Part shown: positions 24,685 through 36,914 of the stretch, piece after piece
Numbering within the stretch: position 1 is the first letter of the stretch
Layout: every line of letters starts with the position of its first letter
NCBI GenBank assembly: GCA_963837825.1
Contig: CAWIOR010000006.1
Span: 111,954-175,953 of the forward strand
Length of the DNA stretch: 64,000 nt
Direction of reading: 5' to 3'
Origin: an uncultured Chloroflexia bacterium
GTDB lineage: Bacteria > Chloroflexota > Limnocylindria > Limnocylindrales > CSP1-4
Program-made: the position numbers and the translations under genes
The notes under the pieces: generated by a model
Database searches by the model: none
What the model saw: only the letters and a program-made list of their open reading frames with translations
Told to the model about the DNA's origin: nothing

Positions 24685-25682
24685 CCAGCCATCGGGACGC
24701 GGCGCCGGATCGGCCGCCACTCCCGACGGGCGACCAGGACGCCGACGACGATGACCGCCCCGCCGACCACCTGGGTCGGCAGGATCGGCTCCCCGAGGAA
24801 GACGGCGGCCATCAGGATCGCCAGGGCCGGCGGCAGGAACTGGAGGTTCGTGATCCGGGTCGGACCGAGGAGCTTGATCCCGCGGAAGACGATGACGTTC
24901 CCCAGCGCCCCGGCCAGCAGGCCCGAGTACGCCACCGCCGCCAGCTGGGCCGGCCCGACCGACGACAGGTCGGCCGTCGAGAGCTGCCAGATCCCTACCG
25001 GCCCGAGCACGACCGTGCCGGCCAGGATCGCCCAGGCGGAGGTCCGCAGCGGCGAGTGGCGGCGCAGCACGCCGGCCCCGAAGCTGACGTAGACGGCCCA
25101 GCAGATCGCCGCGCCGATCGTCAGGACGTCGCCGAGGGCGGCCCGGTCGAGCGTGAAGCCGTGGCTGGCCGCGACGATCGCGACACCGGCGAAGGCGACC
25201 GTTGCGCCGATCGCCCGGGTCGGCCCGAGCCGGTCCGCCCCGATCCCGGCCGAGATGAGCATCGTGAAGATCGGCGTGGAGGCGATGAGCAGCGCCGAGT
25301 TGCCGACGCTCGTCGTCGACAGGGCGGTCGGCCACAGGAGCTGGTATCCGCCGAATCCGACGAACCCGAGGAGGACGATCCGGACGGCATCGCGGCGCGG
25401 GATCGCGACCGAACCCTCCCGCCAGCGGCAGATCGCCAGGAGCACCCCGCCGGCCAGCAGGAACCGCAGGAACGAGTAGCCGACCGGGGTGAGGATCGGG
25501 ATCGTCGACTTGACGACGATGAAGTTGCCGGCCCAGATCGCCATCACCCCGACGGCGGCGACCTCGGCGAGACGGCGCTCGGCGGAGCCAGCGGCCGGCA
25601 GCGCCTCGACGGGCGGCGACGCGCCCGACGCGACCGGCATGGCGTTCGCTGCGGCGCGCGGTGTCGCCCGAGGCTCACTCAT
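24681..25682 (-). CDS. EamA/DMT-family transporter (10 TM); intact.
   Basis: The hydrophobic duplicated EamA pattern 'AIWAGNFIVVKSTI...LLIASTPIFTMLISAG...' is present throughout. Confidence 0.8.
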
Positions 25683-26148
25683 GGCCGATCGATGATGCGG
25701 GTCCGACCGACGCGATCCGCCGTGGCGAGCGGGTCGGACCGGCCGGCGCGTTCGATCGGGTCGGACCGGCAGGAGGCTCCGATATCGACGCCACCAGTAG
25801 CCGGCCCACGTGTGCGCCTGGAACCAACCGCGAACATCCGTCCGGACGCCATCGAACCCGGATGAGGAGCGTCGGCTCGAGGGTTCCGCCTCCATCCACG
25901 CTGGGCTTGATCCGTCGCCGGCCCCTGGACCCTTCGCATCGCGGCCCGGCGGTCACGGCTGAGCGCCTCGTACTGCTGGGGTCGATATCCCGGGTCCGAT
26001 GAGGCGCGACGCGAGGCACGGCTCGGTCAGGGCCGCCGGGCGCGACCCCGGGGGCCGCCGGACACGAGTGACGCCCGGCGCGGCGGTCGCGTCGGGCGTC
26101 GGTGGTCGGCGTCGGGCATCGGCGGCCGTCGATCGGCCGCCGGGCGGG

Positions 26149-26304
26149 TCAGACGCCTTCCTGGTCGAGCTCGAGCGCTTCCTCGTCGTCCTCCTCGGTG
26201 ACCTTCAGCCAGACGAACAGCCCGGCCAGGACGAGGAGCGGGATGACGATCAGCGCGCCGAGGGTGATCCCGAGGGCGACCGCCACGGTCTTCATCGCCT
26301 TCAT
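26149..26304 (-). CDS. Small single-pass membrane protein (51 aa) with an acidic tail. It is unannotated in the ORF track.
   Basis: Manual translation gives MKAMKTVAVALGITLGALIVIPLLVLAGLFVWLKVTEEDDEEALELDQEGV*. GGAGGA lies 6 nt upstream of the ATG. Confidence 0.5.
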   Translation of the reverse strand: MKAMKTVAVALGITLGALIVIPLLVLAGLFVWLKVTEEDDEEALELDQEGV

Positions 26305-26347
26305 CGTGCTTCCTCCTTCTCGATCGCGCGACCCCCGCGCGACGGGG

Positions 26348-26883
26348 CTAGGCGTCGGCCGAGGCCGCCGGGCCAGGCCCGTGCTCTCGATCGCGCAGGT
26401 TGGGGCCCTGGGCGACCATCGCGTCGATGTCCTCGCGGGTGAACTCCGCCAGGACGTGTCGGCTGCCCGTGGGACTCGGCATCAGGAGCCGGACGACGAA
26501 GGCGCCGTCCTGCTCGAAGAAGAACGTGTCCCGCGGCTTCTGCTCGTCCATGTATCGGCCGAGCACCCGGAACGCCTTCTCATAGTAGCCCGCCTTCGAC
26601 CAGTCGTCGGCGGCGCTGGGCCGGTTCGCGTCGGGCGACCGCCTCGTCCATGAACCGGGCGATGTCGTCGTCGAGGAAGGTCAGCGTCTCCTTCGTCTGG
26701 GCTCCGACCGCCTCGGACCAGGCGCCCTCGTCGACCTGCGGTCGACACCAGGCCCTGGACGATGAACCCGTCGGGCGCCTCGGCCAGGAGGACCTCCTTC
26801 ATCGCCCGCTGATCGAGGAACGCCCCGATCGAGCGGAAGACCTCCTCGAAGTCCTGGCGCGGCGAGCCCTCGTAGATCCGCAC
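26348..26883 (-). CDS. Hypothetical protein of about 175 aa; frameshifted; no recognisable family.
   Basis: GTG start with a GAGGAGGA RBS. 'VRIYEGSPRQDFEEVFRSIGAFLDQRAMKEVLLAEAPDGFIVQGLV...' and '...YYEKAFRVLGRYMDEQKPRDTFFFEQDGAFVVRLLMPSPTGSRHVLAEFTREDIDAMVAQ' have protein-like composition. Confidence 0.4.
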
Positions 26884-26932
26884 GAATCCGGTCCTCCTCG
26901 TGGCGCCCCGGCCGTCGGACGACGGCCGCCGG

Positions 26933-27885
26933 TCAGGATCCTGTCGTCTGGTCGATGAGCCCGCGGTCCTTGGCTCGTCGCTCGCTCCAACGGAACACGA
27001 CGGCCGCTCCGAGTGTAGCGACGGCCCCGGTCACGAGCAAGGCGAGGACGATCGTCGGGGCGTCCGGGGCGAGCCGCCCGGTGAGCTCGGCGAAGAGGGA
27101 GCCGGGCCCGCCGATCGACGTCGCCCCCTTCGGGAACAGGGCGTGGCGGCAGCCTTCCAGCCACCAGGCCAGCGGGTTCGCCAGGCCGATCGCCTGGATC
27201 GGCATCGGCAGGACCGACAGCGGGAAGACGGCCCCCGAGATCAGGAACAGGGCGCCGGCGACGGCCTCCGGGTAGGACCATGCCTCCTGGCGGGTCTGGA
27301 GGCAGATCGCGGCCAGGATCAGCCCGACGAGGACGATCGTGTGCAGACCGAGGGCCATGACGACCGCCAGCAGCGGCCAGCTCACGGCCAGCGGGTCGAA
27401 CGGCACGCCGAGGACGAGCACCCCGATCGCCAGGGTGATCGCCGCGCCCATCGCGCCGACGGCGATCCGGGCGGTCCCGCGGCCGAGCAGGACGACCACG
27501 AAGTCGCTCGGGCTGACGTAGACGTACTTGAGCATCCGGTAGCGCTCGCGGTCGTCGAGGACCGACCAGGCCAGGCCGGCGATCCCGGAGATGACGAACG
27601 ACCAGAGCGCGCTGCCGACGACGACGAAGCCGCGGTAGTCGCGGCTCGACGGCCCCGGCGATGACCTCGAGCATCGCCACGAGGATGAGCGCCGCGCTGA
27701 CCGGCTTGGCCACCGAGTAGATGAAGAACAGGACCGGGTCGGTCCAGTTCGCCTCCATCTTCCAGCCCAGCACGGCCGCGGTCCGGAAGCTGCGGACGAG
27801 GTCGGCCGTCCGCCCGCCGCCGGGTCCGACCCGGGTCGAACAGGGTCCCGGCCGTCGGCTCGAGCGCGGTCGCCGGCGCGGTCAT
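26933..27885 (-). CDS. ABC-2 family transporter permease; frameshifted.
   Basis: 'WKMEANWTDPVLFFIYSVAKPV' and 'DYRGFVVVGSALWSFVISGIAGLAWSVLDDRERYRMLKYVYVSP...' show ABC-2 topology. Confidence 0.65.
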
Positions 27886-27894
27886 CGCCAGCGC

Positions 27895-28637
27895 ATCGTG
27901 AGGCGGCCCTCGCGCCGGGCCCGCTCCTCGAGCGTCCGGAGCATGAACCGGGCGAGCAGCGACGAAGAACGACGGTCATCAGCGACGAGGATCCCCGCCT
28001 CGGCCTCCGGGGGCAGGAAGACCGGGCCGGCCGCTGCCCGCGAAGGCGAGCTGGCGCATCGCGTCGAGCCCGGTGGCCAGCGGGATCGTGGCCAGCGCCA
28101 GCGCGCCGAGCCGCCCGAGCGCGGCGACCGGGAAGTTCAGCCCCGACACGAAGTAGACCGGCTCGGCCAGGAGCTGGGTGAGGTGCCACGCCTCGCGGCC
28201 CCACATCAGGAACAGGCTGGCCAGGACCATCCCGAGGCCGTACAGCGCGGCCAGGGTCAGGAAGAAGACGAACAGGAGCAGACCCCACTGCTCGACCGAG
28301 AACCGGACCCGTAGACGAGCGACGCGACGACCAGGACGACGGCCGCCCGGGTGGCGCTCATCACCAGCCCGCCGACGGCCATCCCGAACAGGACGCTCAT
28401 GACGCCCATCGGGGCGGCGAAGTAGAGCTCGAGGTTGCCCTGGTCCTTCTCCCAGTAGAGCTGGGCGGCCATCATCCACACGACGTTCAGCCAGAACGCG
28501 GTCATCGCCCCGCCGAGGACGACGAACCCGATGTACTCGGGCGGCGCCTTCAGCGCGCGGTAGACGAACACGAACGCCGACGTCGTCAGGAACGGCAGGA
28601 GGATCTCGAAGAACAGCCACGACGGCTCGCGGGCCAT
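27895..28637 (-). CDS. ABC-2 family transporter permease; frameshifted.
   Basis: 'MAREPSWLFFEILLPFLTTSAFVFVYRALKAPPEYIGFVVLGGAMTAFWLNVVWMMAAQLYWEKDQGNLELYFAAPM'. Confidence 0.65.
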
Positions 28638-28649
28638 CCCCGGACCCGC

Positions 28650-29886
28650 GGGTACGCCCGCCCGACGACGCTCCGGAGGTCGTTCGACAGATCCTGCGCC
28701 GGCTCCAGTCGGCCGCCTCGACGCGGCCCGGCGGTGGGACGGCCGACCGACACGCCCGGCCGGCTCATCCGACCTCCTCCGGGCCTCGGGCTCGCCGGGC
28801 CTCGTGCGGTCGTCGCCGGCCGCGAGCCGGCGTGCCGTCGGGCCGACCCCCGTCGGCGCCGTCGGCCGTCGGCGTCGTCGAAGCCGCGCCCGACGAGCTC
28901 GACGAAGACCTCCTCGAGGGTCGGCTCGGACTTGCGCAGGGCGAGGATCCGCGAGCCGAGCGCCGCCGAGCGCGCCGACGACCCCGCCGAGGGCGCCGTC
29001 GTCGTCGAGGACGAGGTTGACCTCGACGGTCTGGCGCGGATCGGCGCCGGCCGTCGGCGCCGTCGCCGGTCGTGGCCGCGGTCGCGCTGACGACGCCCGG
29101 CAGCCGGGCGAGCGCGGTCGGACCGCCGTCGAGCCGGTCGAGCTCGATCCGGAAGATCGACTCGCGCTGGACGCGCTGCTTGAGCTCGGCCGGGCGTGCC
29201 GATGGCGAGGACCCGGCCGCGGTCGACGATCGCGATCCGCTCGCACAGCTCGTCGGCCTCGGCCATGTAGTGGGTCGTCAGGAGGACCGTCCGGCCGGGT
29301 ACCGCCGCCTGCCAGCCGGTGACGAGCTCGCGGACCGGCGCGCGCCGCGGAGACGTCGAGACCGAGCGTCGGCTCGTCGAGGAACAGGATCCACGGGTCG
29401 TTGAGCAGGCCGCGGGCGAAGTTCATCTTCTGGCGCTGGCCGGTCGACAGGGTGCTCACCCGCTGCTGGCGCTGCTCCTCGAGGCCGACCGCCTCGATCA
29501 GCTCGTCGACCCGGCTCCAGCCCTCGCGGCTGCCCAGGCCGTAGAACTGGCTGAACATCCAGAGCTGCTCGCGGACGGTCAGGATCCCGTAGCCCGACTG
29601 CTCCCCGCCGGCGACCATGTTCATGATCCGGCGGATCTTCTTGGTCTCGCTCTCGATGTCGAAGCCGAACACGCGGGCCGTCCCGGCGCTCGGCAGGAGG
29701 AGCGTGGTGAGGATCTTGATCAGCGTCGTCTTGCCGGCGCCGTTCGGTCCGAGCAGGCCGAAGAACTCGCCCGGCTGGACCTCGAGGTCGACGCCGTCGA
29801 GGGCGGTGACCGGCTCTGGCTTGGCGGCTGTAGACGCGGCGGATGCCGCGCGCGTCGATGGCCGGCGCCATGATCTGGGCGGACAT
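28650..29886 (-). CDS. ABC transporter ATP-binding protein; at least 2 frame changes. The 3' end is uncertain.
   Basis: '[20 protein letters not shown]', the Walker A '[17 protein letters not shown]', '[32 protein letters not shown]' and the C-terminal '[16 protein letters not shown]'. Confidence 0.7.
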
Positions 29887-30434
29887 GGGACTCCCGGCGA
29901 GCGGACGTTCGGTGCGGGGCCGGAGTCTACCACCGAGGCCGTGCCCGGGGAAGCCTCCGGTCGTACCGATGGCAGTACATCCGTCGAACACGGCGGCCGA
30001 TGGCCGGCAGCTCGTCGCGGGCCGGTGGGGCCCGGCGGCAGCGGTGGGTCGGGCCGTCGCGCGCCGGTGCCGCGCTCCGCCTCGGGCGCCGCTTCCCGGG
30101 GCGCGCGGCGCGTCCCGCTCGCGCCCGGATCCTGTCAGGCGTACCTCAGGCGAGCGTACGTCCGCGGCCGCGGCGCTCGGCCGGGCCACCGCCCGACCGG
30201 CATTGCATCCCGCGCTGAGCGTGGGCCGGTGAGGGATCCCTGCAGCTGGATCGCTGACGCGGCTGCGCGTCGGCCCTGACGAGTGCTCGCCTGAGGAGCA
30301 TGCTGTCAAGAACCGCGGCCCGGGTCCGCGACCACCGGCGACGTGGACCGCAGGCGTGCCGGGGCCGTACCGGGCGGACGCCCGCAGAGACGCGAGCGTC
30401 TTCGGGCCGACGACCCGGGCGTCGAGCGCGGCCG

Positions 30435-31401
30435 TCAGCCGCCGCCGCCCCCCGCGAGCACGGTCAGCGCCATGGCGAGGCGACCGGCGACCCGGGCGTC
30501 GTTCTCGATGAGCGCCGTGTTCGCCCGGAGGCTCGCGCCGTCGGTCAGCTCGGCGATCCGGGCCAGCAGCCACGGCGTGAGGGCCGGGCCGTGGACCCCG
30601 GCCGCCGTCGGCCTCGGCGGTCGCCCGCTCGACCGCGGCCCGGGCGCGCCTCGAGCGGCAGCGCGGCCTCGGCCGGGACCGGGACGCAGACGAGGATCCC
30701 CGAGCCGAGGCCCGAGCCCGAGGTGGGCCTCGACCAGCCGGGCGGCCGCGGCCTCGTCCGGGACGGACAGCGGCGCCGGCACCCCGCTCCCCCGGCGAGT
30801 AGAAGCCGGGCACCTCGTCCTGGCCGACCGCGACGACCGGCACGCCGCGGGTCTCGAGGTACTCGAGCGTGAGCGGCAGGTCGAGGATCGCCTTCGGCCC
30901 GGCGCACACGACCGCGACCGGCGTCCGGGCCAGCTCCTCGAGGTCGGCCGAGATGTCGAGCGATCCGGGGCGGCCATGCGCCGCCGAGCGCGCCGCGATG
31001 GACCCCGCCGATCCCGCCGGTCGCGAAGACCCGGATCCCGGCGGCGGCCGCGGCGATCATCGTCGCCGACACGGTCGTGGCCGCCCAGCCGTCCCGGGCC
31101 AGCGCCGCGGCCAGGCTCGGGCGGGCGGCCTTCAGGACGGAGCCGGCCGGGGCCGTCGCGAGCGCCTCGAGGTCGGCGTCGGTCAGGCCGACGAGCAGCC
31201 GTCCGTCGCGGATCGCCACCGTGGCCGGGACGGCGCCCGGCCTCCCGGACCGCCGCCTCCGACGCCCGCGCCACCGCGACGTTCTGCGGGGTACGGCAGG
31301 CCGTGGCTGATGAGGGTCGACTCGAGGGCGACGACCGGGCCGCCCGGCGGCGAGGGCGGCCGGCCACCTCCGGGCTCGGGCGCGAGGCGATCGGCGATCG
31401 A
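30435..31401 (-). CDS. psuG: Pseudouridine-5'-phosphate glycosidase; frameshifted.
   Basis: '[17 protein letters not shown]' and '[16 protein letters not shown]' are PsuG/IndA signatures. Confidence 0.75.
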
Positions 31402-32405
31402 CATGGCCGGAGCGTAGCGCACGCGTCGGGCGGGACGCGTCGCGCCGTCAGCCGAGCTGGAGCTCCGGCGCGCGGCCGACGACCTGGCGGGCGGCGACCC
31501 GGTTGCCGGCCACGGCCGCGCGCCGCAGGGCGACGTCGGCGACCGGCCGGCCGCGCGGGACGCCAGCCACTCGGCGAGGAAGCCGGCATCGAACGCGTCG
31601 CCGGCGCCGGTCGTGTCGGCGGCCGCGATCGGCCGGGTCGCGACGTCGAAGCCGCGGCGCGGCCGCTCGCCGCGGGCGAGGACGGTGACCCCGGCCGCGC
31701 CGCGCTTGACGACCACGACCGGGGCGAGCGCGAGCGCCCGGCGTCCGTCCGGCCGCCCAGCCGCCGAGCAGGCCGTCGGAGCTCGCCCGCGGTCGCGAAC
31801 AGCACGTCCGGCGCCACCTCCCGGACGAGCGCTCCGGGCGGCTGCCTGACCCGTCGGCCAGGAGCGGCCCGATCGAGGCGAGGTCGAGGCTGATCAGCGG
31901 CGCCGGCGTCGCGGGCCAGCCGGACCGCCTCGCGGCCGGCCAGCCCGAGCGGCTCGCCGAGGAGCGAGTAGGCGGGCAGGTGGAGGAGCGTCCGACGCCG
32001 CGCGAACCAGGCGGCCCGCAGGTCGCCCGGCGCGAGCGCGTCGGCGGCGCCCCGGTCGGCCACGAACGACCGCTCGCCGTCGGGTGCCGACCATGACACG
32101 CCGATCCGGCCGGTCCGGCGCGCCCCGTCCGGACGGCCCGGGCGATCACGCCGTCGCGACCGGAGCGCCGCGACGAGCGCCCGGCCGGCCGGCGTCGCGC
32201 CCGACCGACGCAGACGAGCTGGGTCCGCGACCCCGAGCCGGGCCAGCCAGCGGGCGGTGTTCGCGGCCGAGCCGCCCTGGTGGATCGAGACCCGGCCCGG
32301 GACGTCCGTCCCGTGCTCGAGCGGTCCGCGCCGGCGCCAGCACGACATCGAGCATGAGGTCGCCGAGGACGACCGACCCGCGCGCTCCGGCGTCGTGGCT
32401 GCGCG
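31398..32405 (-). CDS. psuK: PfkB-family carbohydrate kinase, probably pseudouridine kinase; frameshifted.
   Basis: '[14 protein letters not shown]', '[18 protein letters not shown]' and the C-terminal '[18 protein letters not shown]'. It lies immediately upstream of psuG. Confidence 0.65.
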
Positions 32406-32537
32406 GGCGACGCGGCGGCGCGGCGGGTGGACCCGGGGGATCCGGCGGAGGGTCGGCACGAGACGAGGATAGCCGTGCCGGACCTACAATGGCCGCCCCG
32501 GATCGAGCCCACGACGGAGGCAGCGCCGAGACCACCC

Positions 32538-34669
32538 ATGACGATCGCCACGGACCGGCTCGACCGGCTGGCCATCGACACGATCCGGACCCTCGCGATC
32601 GACGGCGTCCAGCAGGCGAACTCCGGCCACCCCGGCGCCCCGATGGGGATGGCCCCGATGGCCTACACGCTGTGGACCCGCTTCCTCCGCCACGCCCCGA
32701 CCCGGCCCGACTGGCCCGACCGCGACCGGTTCGTCCTGAGCGCCGGGCATGCCTCGATGCTCCTCTACGCGCTCCTCCACCTGACCGGCTACGACCTGCC
32801 CGCTGAGCGAGCTCGAGCGCTTCCGCCAGTGGGGCTCGCGGACGCCGGGCCACCCCGAGTACGGCCTCACGCCGGGTGTCGAGGCGACGACCGGCCCGCT
32901 CGGCCAGGGCGTCGCCAACGCGGTCGGGATGGCGATCGCCGAGCGCCGCCTGGCGGCCGAGTTCAACCGGCCCGGCCACACCGTCGTCGACCACCGGACG
33001 TTCGGCGATCTGCTCCGACGGCGACCTCCAGGAGGGGATCGCGTCGGAGGCCGCCTCGCTCGCCGGCCACCTCCGGCTGGGCAAGCTGACGATGCTCTAC
33101 GACGACAACCACATCCAGCTCGACGGACCGACCGCGATGGCCTTCAGCGAGGACGTCCCGGCCCGCTTCGACGCCTACGGCTGGCACACCCAGCGGGTCG
33201 ACGACGGCAACGACATCGAGGCGATCGCCGCGGCGATCGCGGCGGCGATCGAGCGACGCGCGGCCGAGCCTGATCGCCGTCCGGACCCACATCGGCTACG
33301 GCTCGCCGAACAAGCAGGACAGCCAGAAGGCCCACGGCGCGCCGCTCGGCCCGGACGAGGTCCGGCTGACCAAGGAGGCCTACGGCTGGGACCCGGACCG
33401 GACGTTCTACGTCCCGGACGAGGTCGGCGGCGATGTTCTCGCGGGCGATCCCGCGCGGCGAGTCGCTGGCCGAGGAGTGGGAGGCCCGGCTGGCCCATTA
33501 CCGCGAGGCGTTCCCGGCCGAGGCCGCCGAGCTGCTGCCGCCGGCTCGACGGGGACGCTCCGGCCCGGCGCGACCGACGGCCTGAAGACGTACGCCGTCG
33601 GCGAGGACTTCGCCACCCGCCAGGCGAGCCAGGCCGCGATCCAGGCCCTGGCCGGGGCGGTCCCGGAGCTGTTCGGCGGCGCGGCCGACCTGTCCGAGAT
33701 CGAACCTGACCGACGTCAAGGGCGGCGGCGACTTCGAGGCCGAGGAGCCGGGCCGGAACCTCCGCTTCGGCGTCCGCGAGCACGCGATGGGCGGGATCGC
33801 CAACGGGATCGCCTACCACGGCGGGTTCATCCCGTACGCGGCGACGTTCCTGACCTTCAGCGACTACATGCGCGGCTCGGTCCGGCTGGCGGCCCTGGCC
33901 GGGCTCCACGTCGTCTACGTCTGGACCCACGACTCGGTCGGGCTCGGCGAGGACGGCCCGACCCACCAGCCGGTCGAGCACTACGCCGCCCTCCGGGCGA
34001 TCCCGAACCTGTGGTTCATCCGGCCCGGGCGACGCCAACGAGACGTCGGCGGCCTGGGCGGTCGCCGTCGCGCGGCGCGACGGACCGGTCGCCCTGGCCC
34101 TCACCCGCCAGAAGCTGACGACGCTGCCCGAGACGGCCGAGCGGGCGCGGGACGGGCGTCGCCCGGGGCGGCTACGTCGTGCGCGAGTCGAGCGGCGGTC
34201 CGGGCGCGATCGACCTCATCCTCATCGCGACCGGCTCGGAGCTGCCGCCTCGCCGTGGCGGCGGCCGACGCGCTCGACGGCCGAGGGGATCCGGACCCGG
34301 GTCGTGTCGCTCCCCTGCTGGGAGCTGTTCGAGCGCAGCCGGCCGCCTACCGCGCACGAGGTCCTGCCGCCCGGCCGTCCGGCAAGCGGGTCAGCGTCGA
34401 GGCCGGCGTCTCGCTGGGCTGGGAGCGCTACGCCGGCGACGAGGGGGCGATCGTCGGGATCGACCACTTCGGCGCGCAGCGCCCCGGCGGCGACGATCTT
34501 CGAGCACTTCGGCTTCACGCCCGAGCGGGTCGCCGAGGTCGGCCGGCGGGTCGTCCGGGACGGCCTGCGCGGCCGGATCCCGACCGTCGACCACGGCCAC
34601 CAGCCGGCCGGCCTGGGGCTCGCCGGGCCGAAGCTCGGCCACGGCGGCGACGCCGAGCCGGCTCGCTGA
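32538..34669 (+). CDS. tkt: Transketolase; several frame changes. The 3' end is uncertain (possibly up to 34703).
   Basis: '[34 protein letters not shown]' is the TPP-binding N-terminus, and '[27 protein letters not shown]' is the Pyr domain. A C-terminal domain is present. Confidence 0.85.
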
Positions 34670-34712
34670 CGTGCTTGCGCGACGCGATCAGCCGAAGAGC
34701 TAAGCTTTACTC

Positions 34713-34969
34713 ATGGACGAGACGAGTAAAGCAGAGACGGCGACCGGGGCTTCACCCGAGTCAGTCCGAAGCACCAGGTCGACGATCCCGGCCGAGGCGC
34801 TGGCCAAGGCCGGCGTCAAGGTCGGTGACTCGCTCAAGGTCGAGGCTCGGGCGAACGGCGAGATCATCCTGACTCTCGAGGAGGACCCGACTCGACGAGT
34901 ACGCGGGCACCCTCACCGGGCTGTATCCGCCCGGCGAGCTCGAGCAAGCTGCGCGGCGAATGGGAATGA
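34713..34969 (+). CDS. vapB: AbrB/SpoVT-type antitoxin (VapB-like).
   Basis: '[30 protein letters not shown]' is a swapped-hairpin AbrB fold. It appears to overlap the vapC start by ATGA after one frame correction near 34885. Confidence 0.6.
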
Positions 34970-35301
34970 CCATCCTGGATTCGGGCGTCCTCATCGCCAT
35001 CCTCGACCGGGATGACGTCCATCACGCTGCGGCGCTCGCCGCCGTTTCGACTGCCCGCGAGCGTTGGGACGAGCTCGTGGTCCCCGTGTCGGCGTATGCG
35101 GAGGCTCACGTCACCCCATCGCGGAGCGGTGCCAGGGCGATCCAGGTTTACGATGCCCTGATCGATCGACTGCCCTCGCGGATCGAACCCGCGACACGAC
35201 CGATCGGCGCCGCGGCAGCCGACCTCCGAGCACGATTCGGTCCAGCCTTGAAACTCCCCGATGCCCTCGTCATCGCGACCGCCGACGTCCTTCGAGGCTG
35301 A
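34966..35301 (+). CDS. vapC: PIN-domain ribonuclease toxin VapC.
   Basis: '[23 protein letters not shown]...LVVPVSAYAE...LKLPDALVIATAD' places the PIN acidic residues in the expected positions. Confidence 0.7.
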   Translation: MTILDSGVLIAILDRDDVHHAAALAAVSTARERWDELVVPVSAYAEAHVTPSRSGARAIQVYDALIDRLPSRIEPATRPIGAAAADLRARFGPALKLPDALVIATADVLRG

Positions 35302-35377
35302 CCGCATCATCACCACCGATCAGGGCTGGCCCACCACCGGGATCCCGGTCGAGATCGTCGGCCGGAGCCTGAGCACG

Positions 35378-35858
35378 ATGCGCGTCGCGTTCGCCGCCGA
35401 CCATGCCGGAGCCGAGCTCAAGGACGAGCTGATCGCGCCGGCTGGCCGCCGCCGGCCTGGGCCACGAGCTGATCGACCTGGGCGGCGACGGCTCCGACCC
35501 GACCGACGACTACCCCGACTTCGCCCAGCGGCTCGGCCTGGCCGTCCGCGACGGCGACGGCCGACCGGGGCATCCTCATCTGCGGCTCGGGCGTCGGCGC
35601 GTCGGTGGCGGCCAACAAGATCCGCGGCATCCGGGCCGCCGTCTGCCACGACACGTACTCGGCCCACCAGGGCGTCGAGCACGACGACATGAACGTCCTG
35701 ACCCTCGGCTCGCGGGTCATCGGCCCCGAGCCGGCGTTCGAATGCGCCCTGGCCTTCCTGGCGTGCCGCGTTCTCCGGCGAGCCGCGCCACCGCCGCCGC
35801 CTGGCCAAGGTCCTGGCGATCGAGGCCGGCGAGAGATGGGGGGCTCACAGCCTCCGGA
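35378..35858 (+). CDS. rpiB: Ribose-5-phosphate isomerase B (RpiB/LacAB family); frameshifted.
   Basis: '[20 protein letters not shown]' and '[51 protein letters not shown]'. Confidence 0.75.
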
Positions 35859-35929
35859 TCAACGCGCCCTGGGGTAATCAGGTGACAGGTGTCACGATCA
35901 CCCGAGCCGGCGGACGGAAGGGGAAGAGG

Positions 35930-36883
35930 CCTCGAGAGCGACACGCCTCACGCGCGGCCCGGGAGCCTGTCCAGGCATGGGTGGCAGTCTTCGACACAGC
36001 GGGCCCAGACACTCTCGAGCGAGTGACGCCCAACGGTGTCGAGACTTGGCCCCTCCCGGATACGGATTACAACGGGTACATCGGTCAGGTGAAGATCGCA
36101 CCCGATGGAGGCGTATGGGTGACCGAACCGTACGCGCTAGTTCGATTCGATCCCACGGCGCACGCGGCGTCCGTGCTGCCCTTCGACCGCGACGTCACGG
36201 GTGCCTTCCCAGATGCGTGGAACCCCGACAGCCCTGTGATAGGCACCTGGATCTCCTCGGTCTGTTCTCATCGGACGGGTGGATGCTCGTCGCCCGGACC
36301 AACGTTCCGTTCGTGTCCATCGTGTCGGCGGCCGGACCGATGCTAGGCTCGATCCCGGTGCCGGCTGAATACGCAGGTGCACTCGATCTCGCCGAGGCTC
36401 CCGACGGGAGCGTTTACGTTGCCGGCGGCTACGCAACTTCCGACGCACCGGTCGCTCGGGTTTCGAAGACCGGTGCAGTGGTTGGAACGCTTGCGGGGCC
36501 AGCTTCGCGGTTCAGCCCAGGCTCGGACGGGCTCCTCATATCGGGGTCCGGCTCCACGGGCGTCTGGGGTCGATCCCTCGAATGGGGACGAGGCCGCGCT
36601 GGCCTCAGGCCTGTCGACGAACCCCGACTCTCTTGCTGTCCCCGACCCGAGAGGCGGCGCAATCGCGTACGACGCGAGCACTGGGACAATAAGCCGCCTC
36701 GTTAATGGCGAAATCGTGGATTTGATCACCATGGGCAAGACACGCGGTTTCGTCACGACTCCTCTCGGCGGCAGCGTCGCGGTGACTGGCAGTGCGAGAG
36801 TGACAGACCTCGCCACGGCCAGTGACGGTACGACCTACTTCCTCGACGGGAACTCCCAAAGGCTTCTCGCCGTCAAACTCTGA
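35930..36883 (+). CDS. Hypothetical beta-propeller-like protein (NHL/SMP-30-like repeats suggested) in the lower-GC island; frameshifted.
   Basis: Repeated 'G.VWVTEP / GSVYVAGG / DGTTYFLDG' motifs, each followed by a hydrophobic strand, are seen in three frames. Confidence 0.45.
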
Positions 36884-36914
36884 GTGACGAGTATCCGATC
36901 GGATCGGGGTCGAG

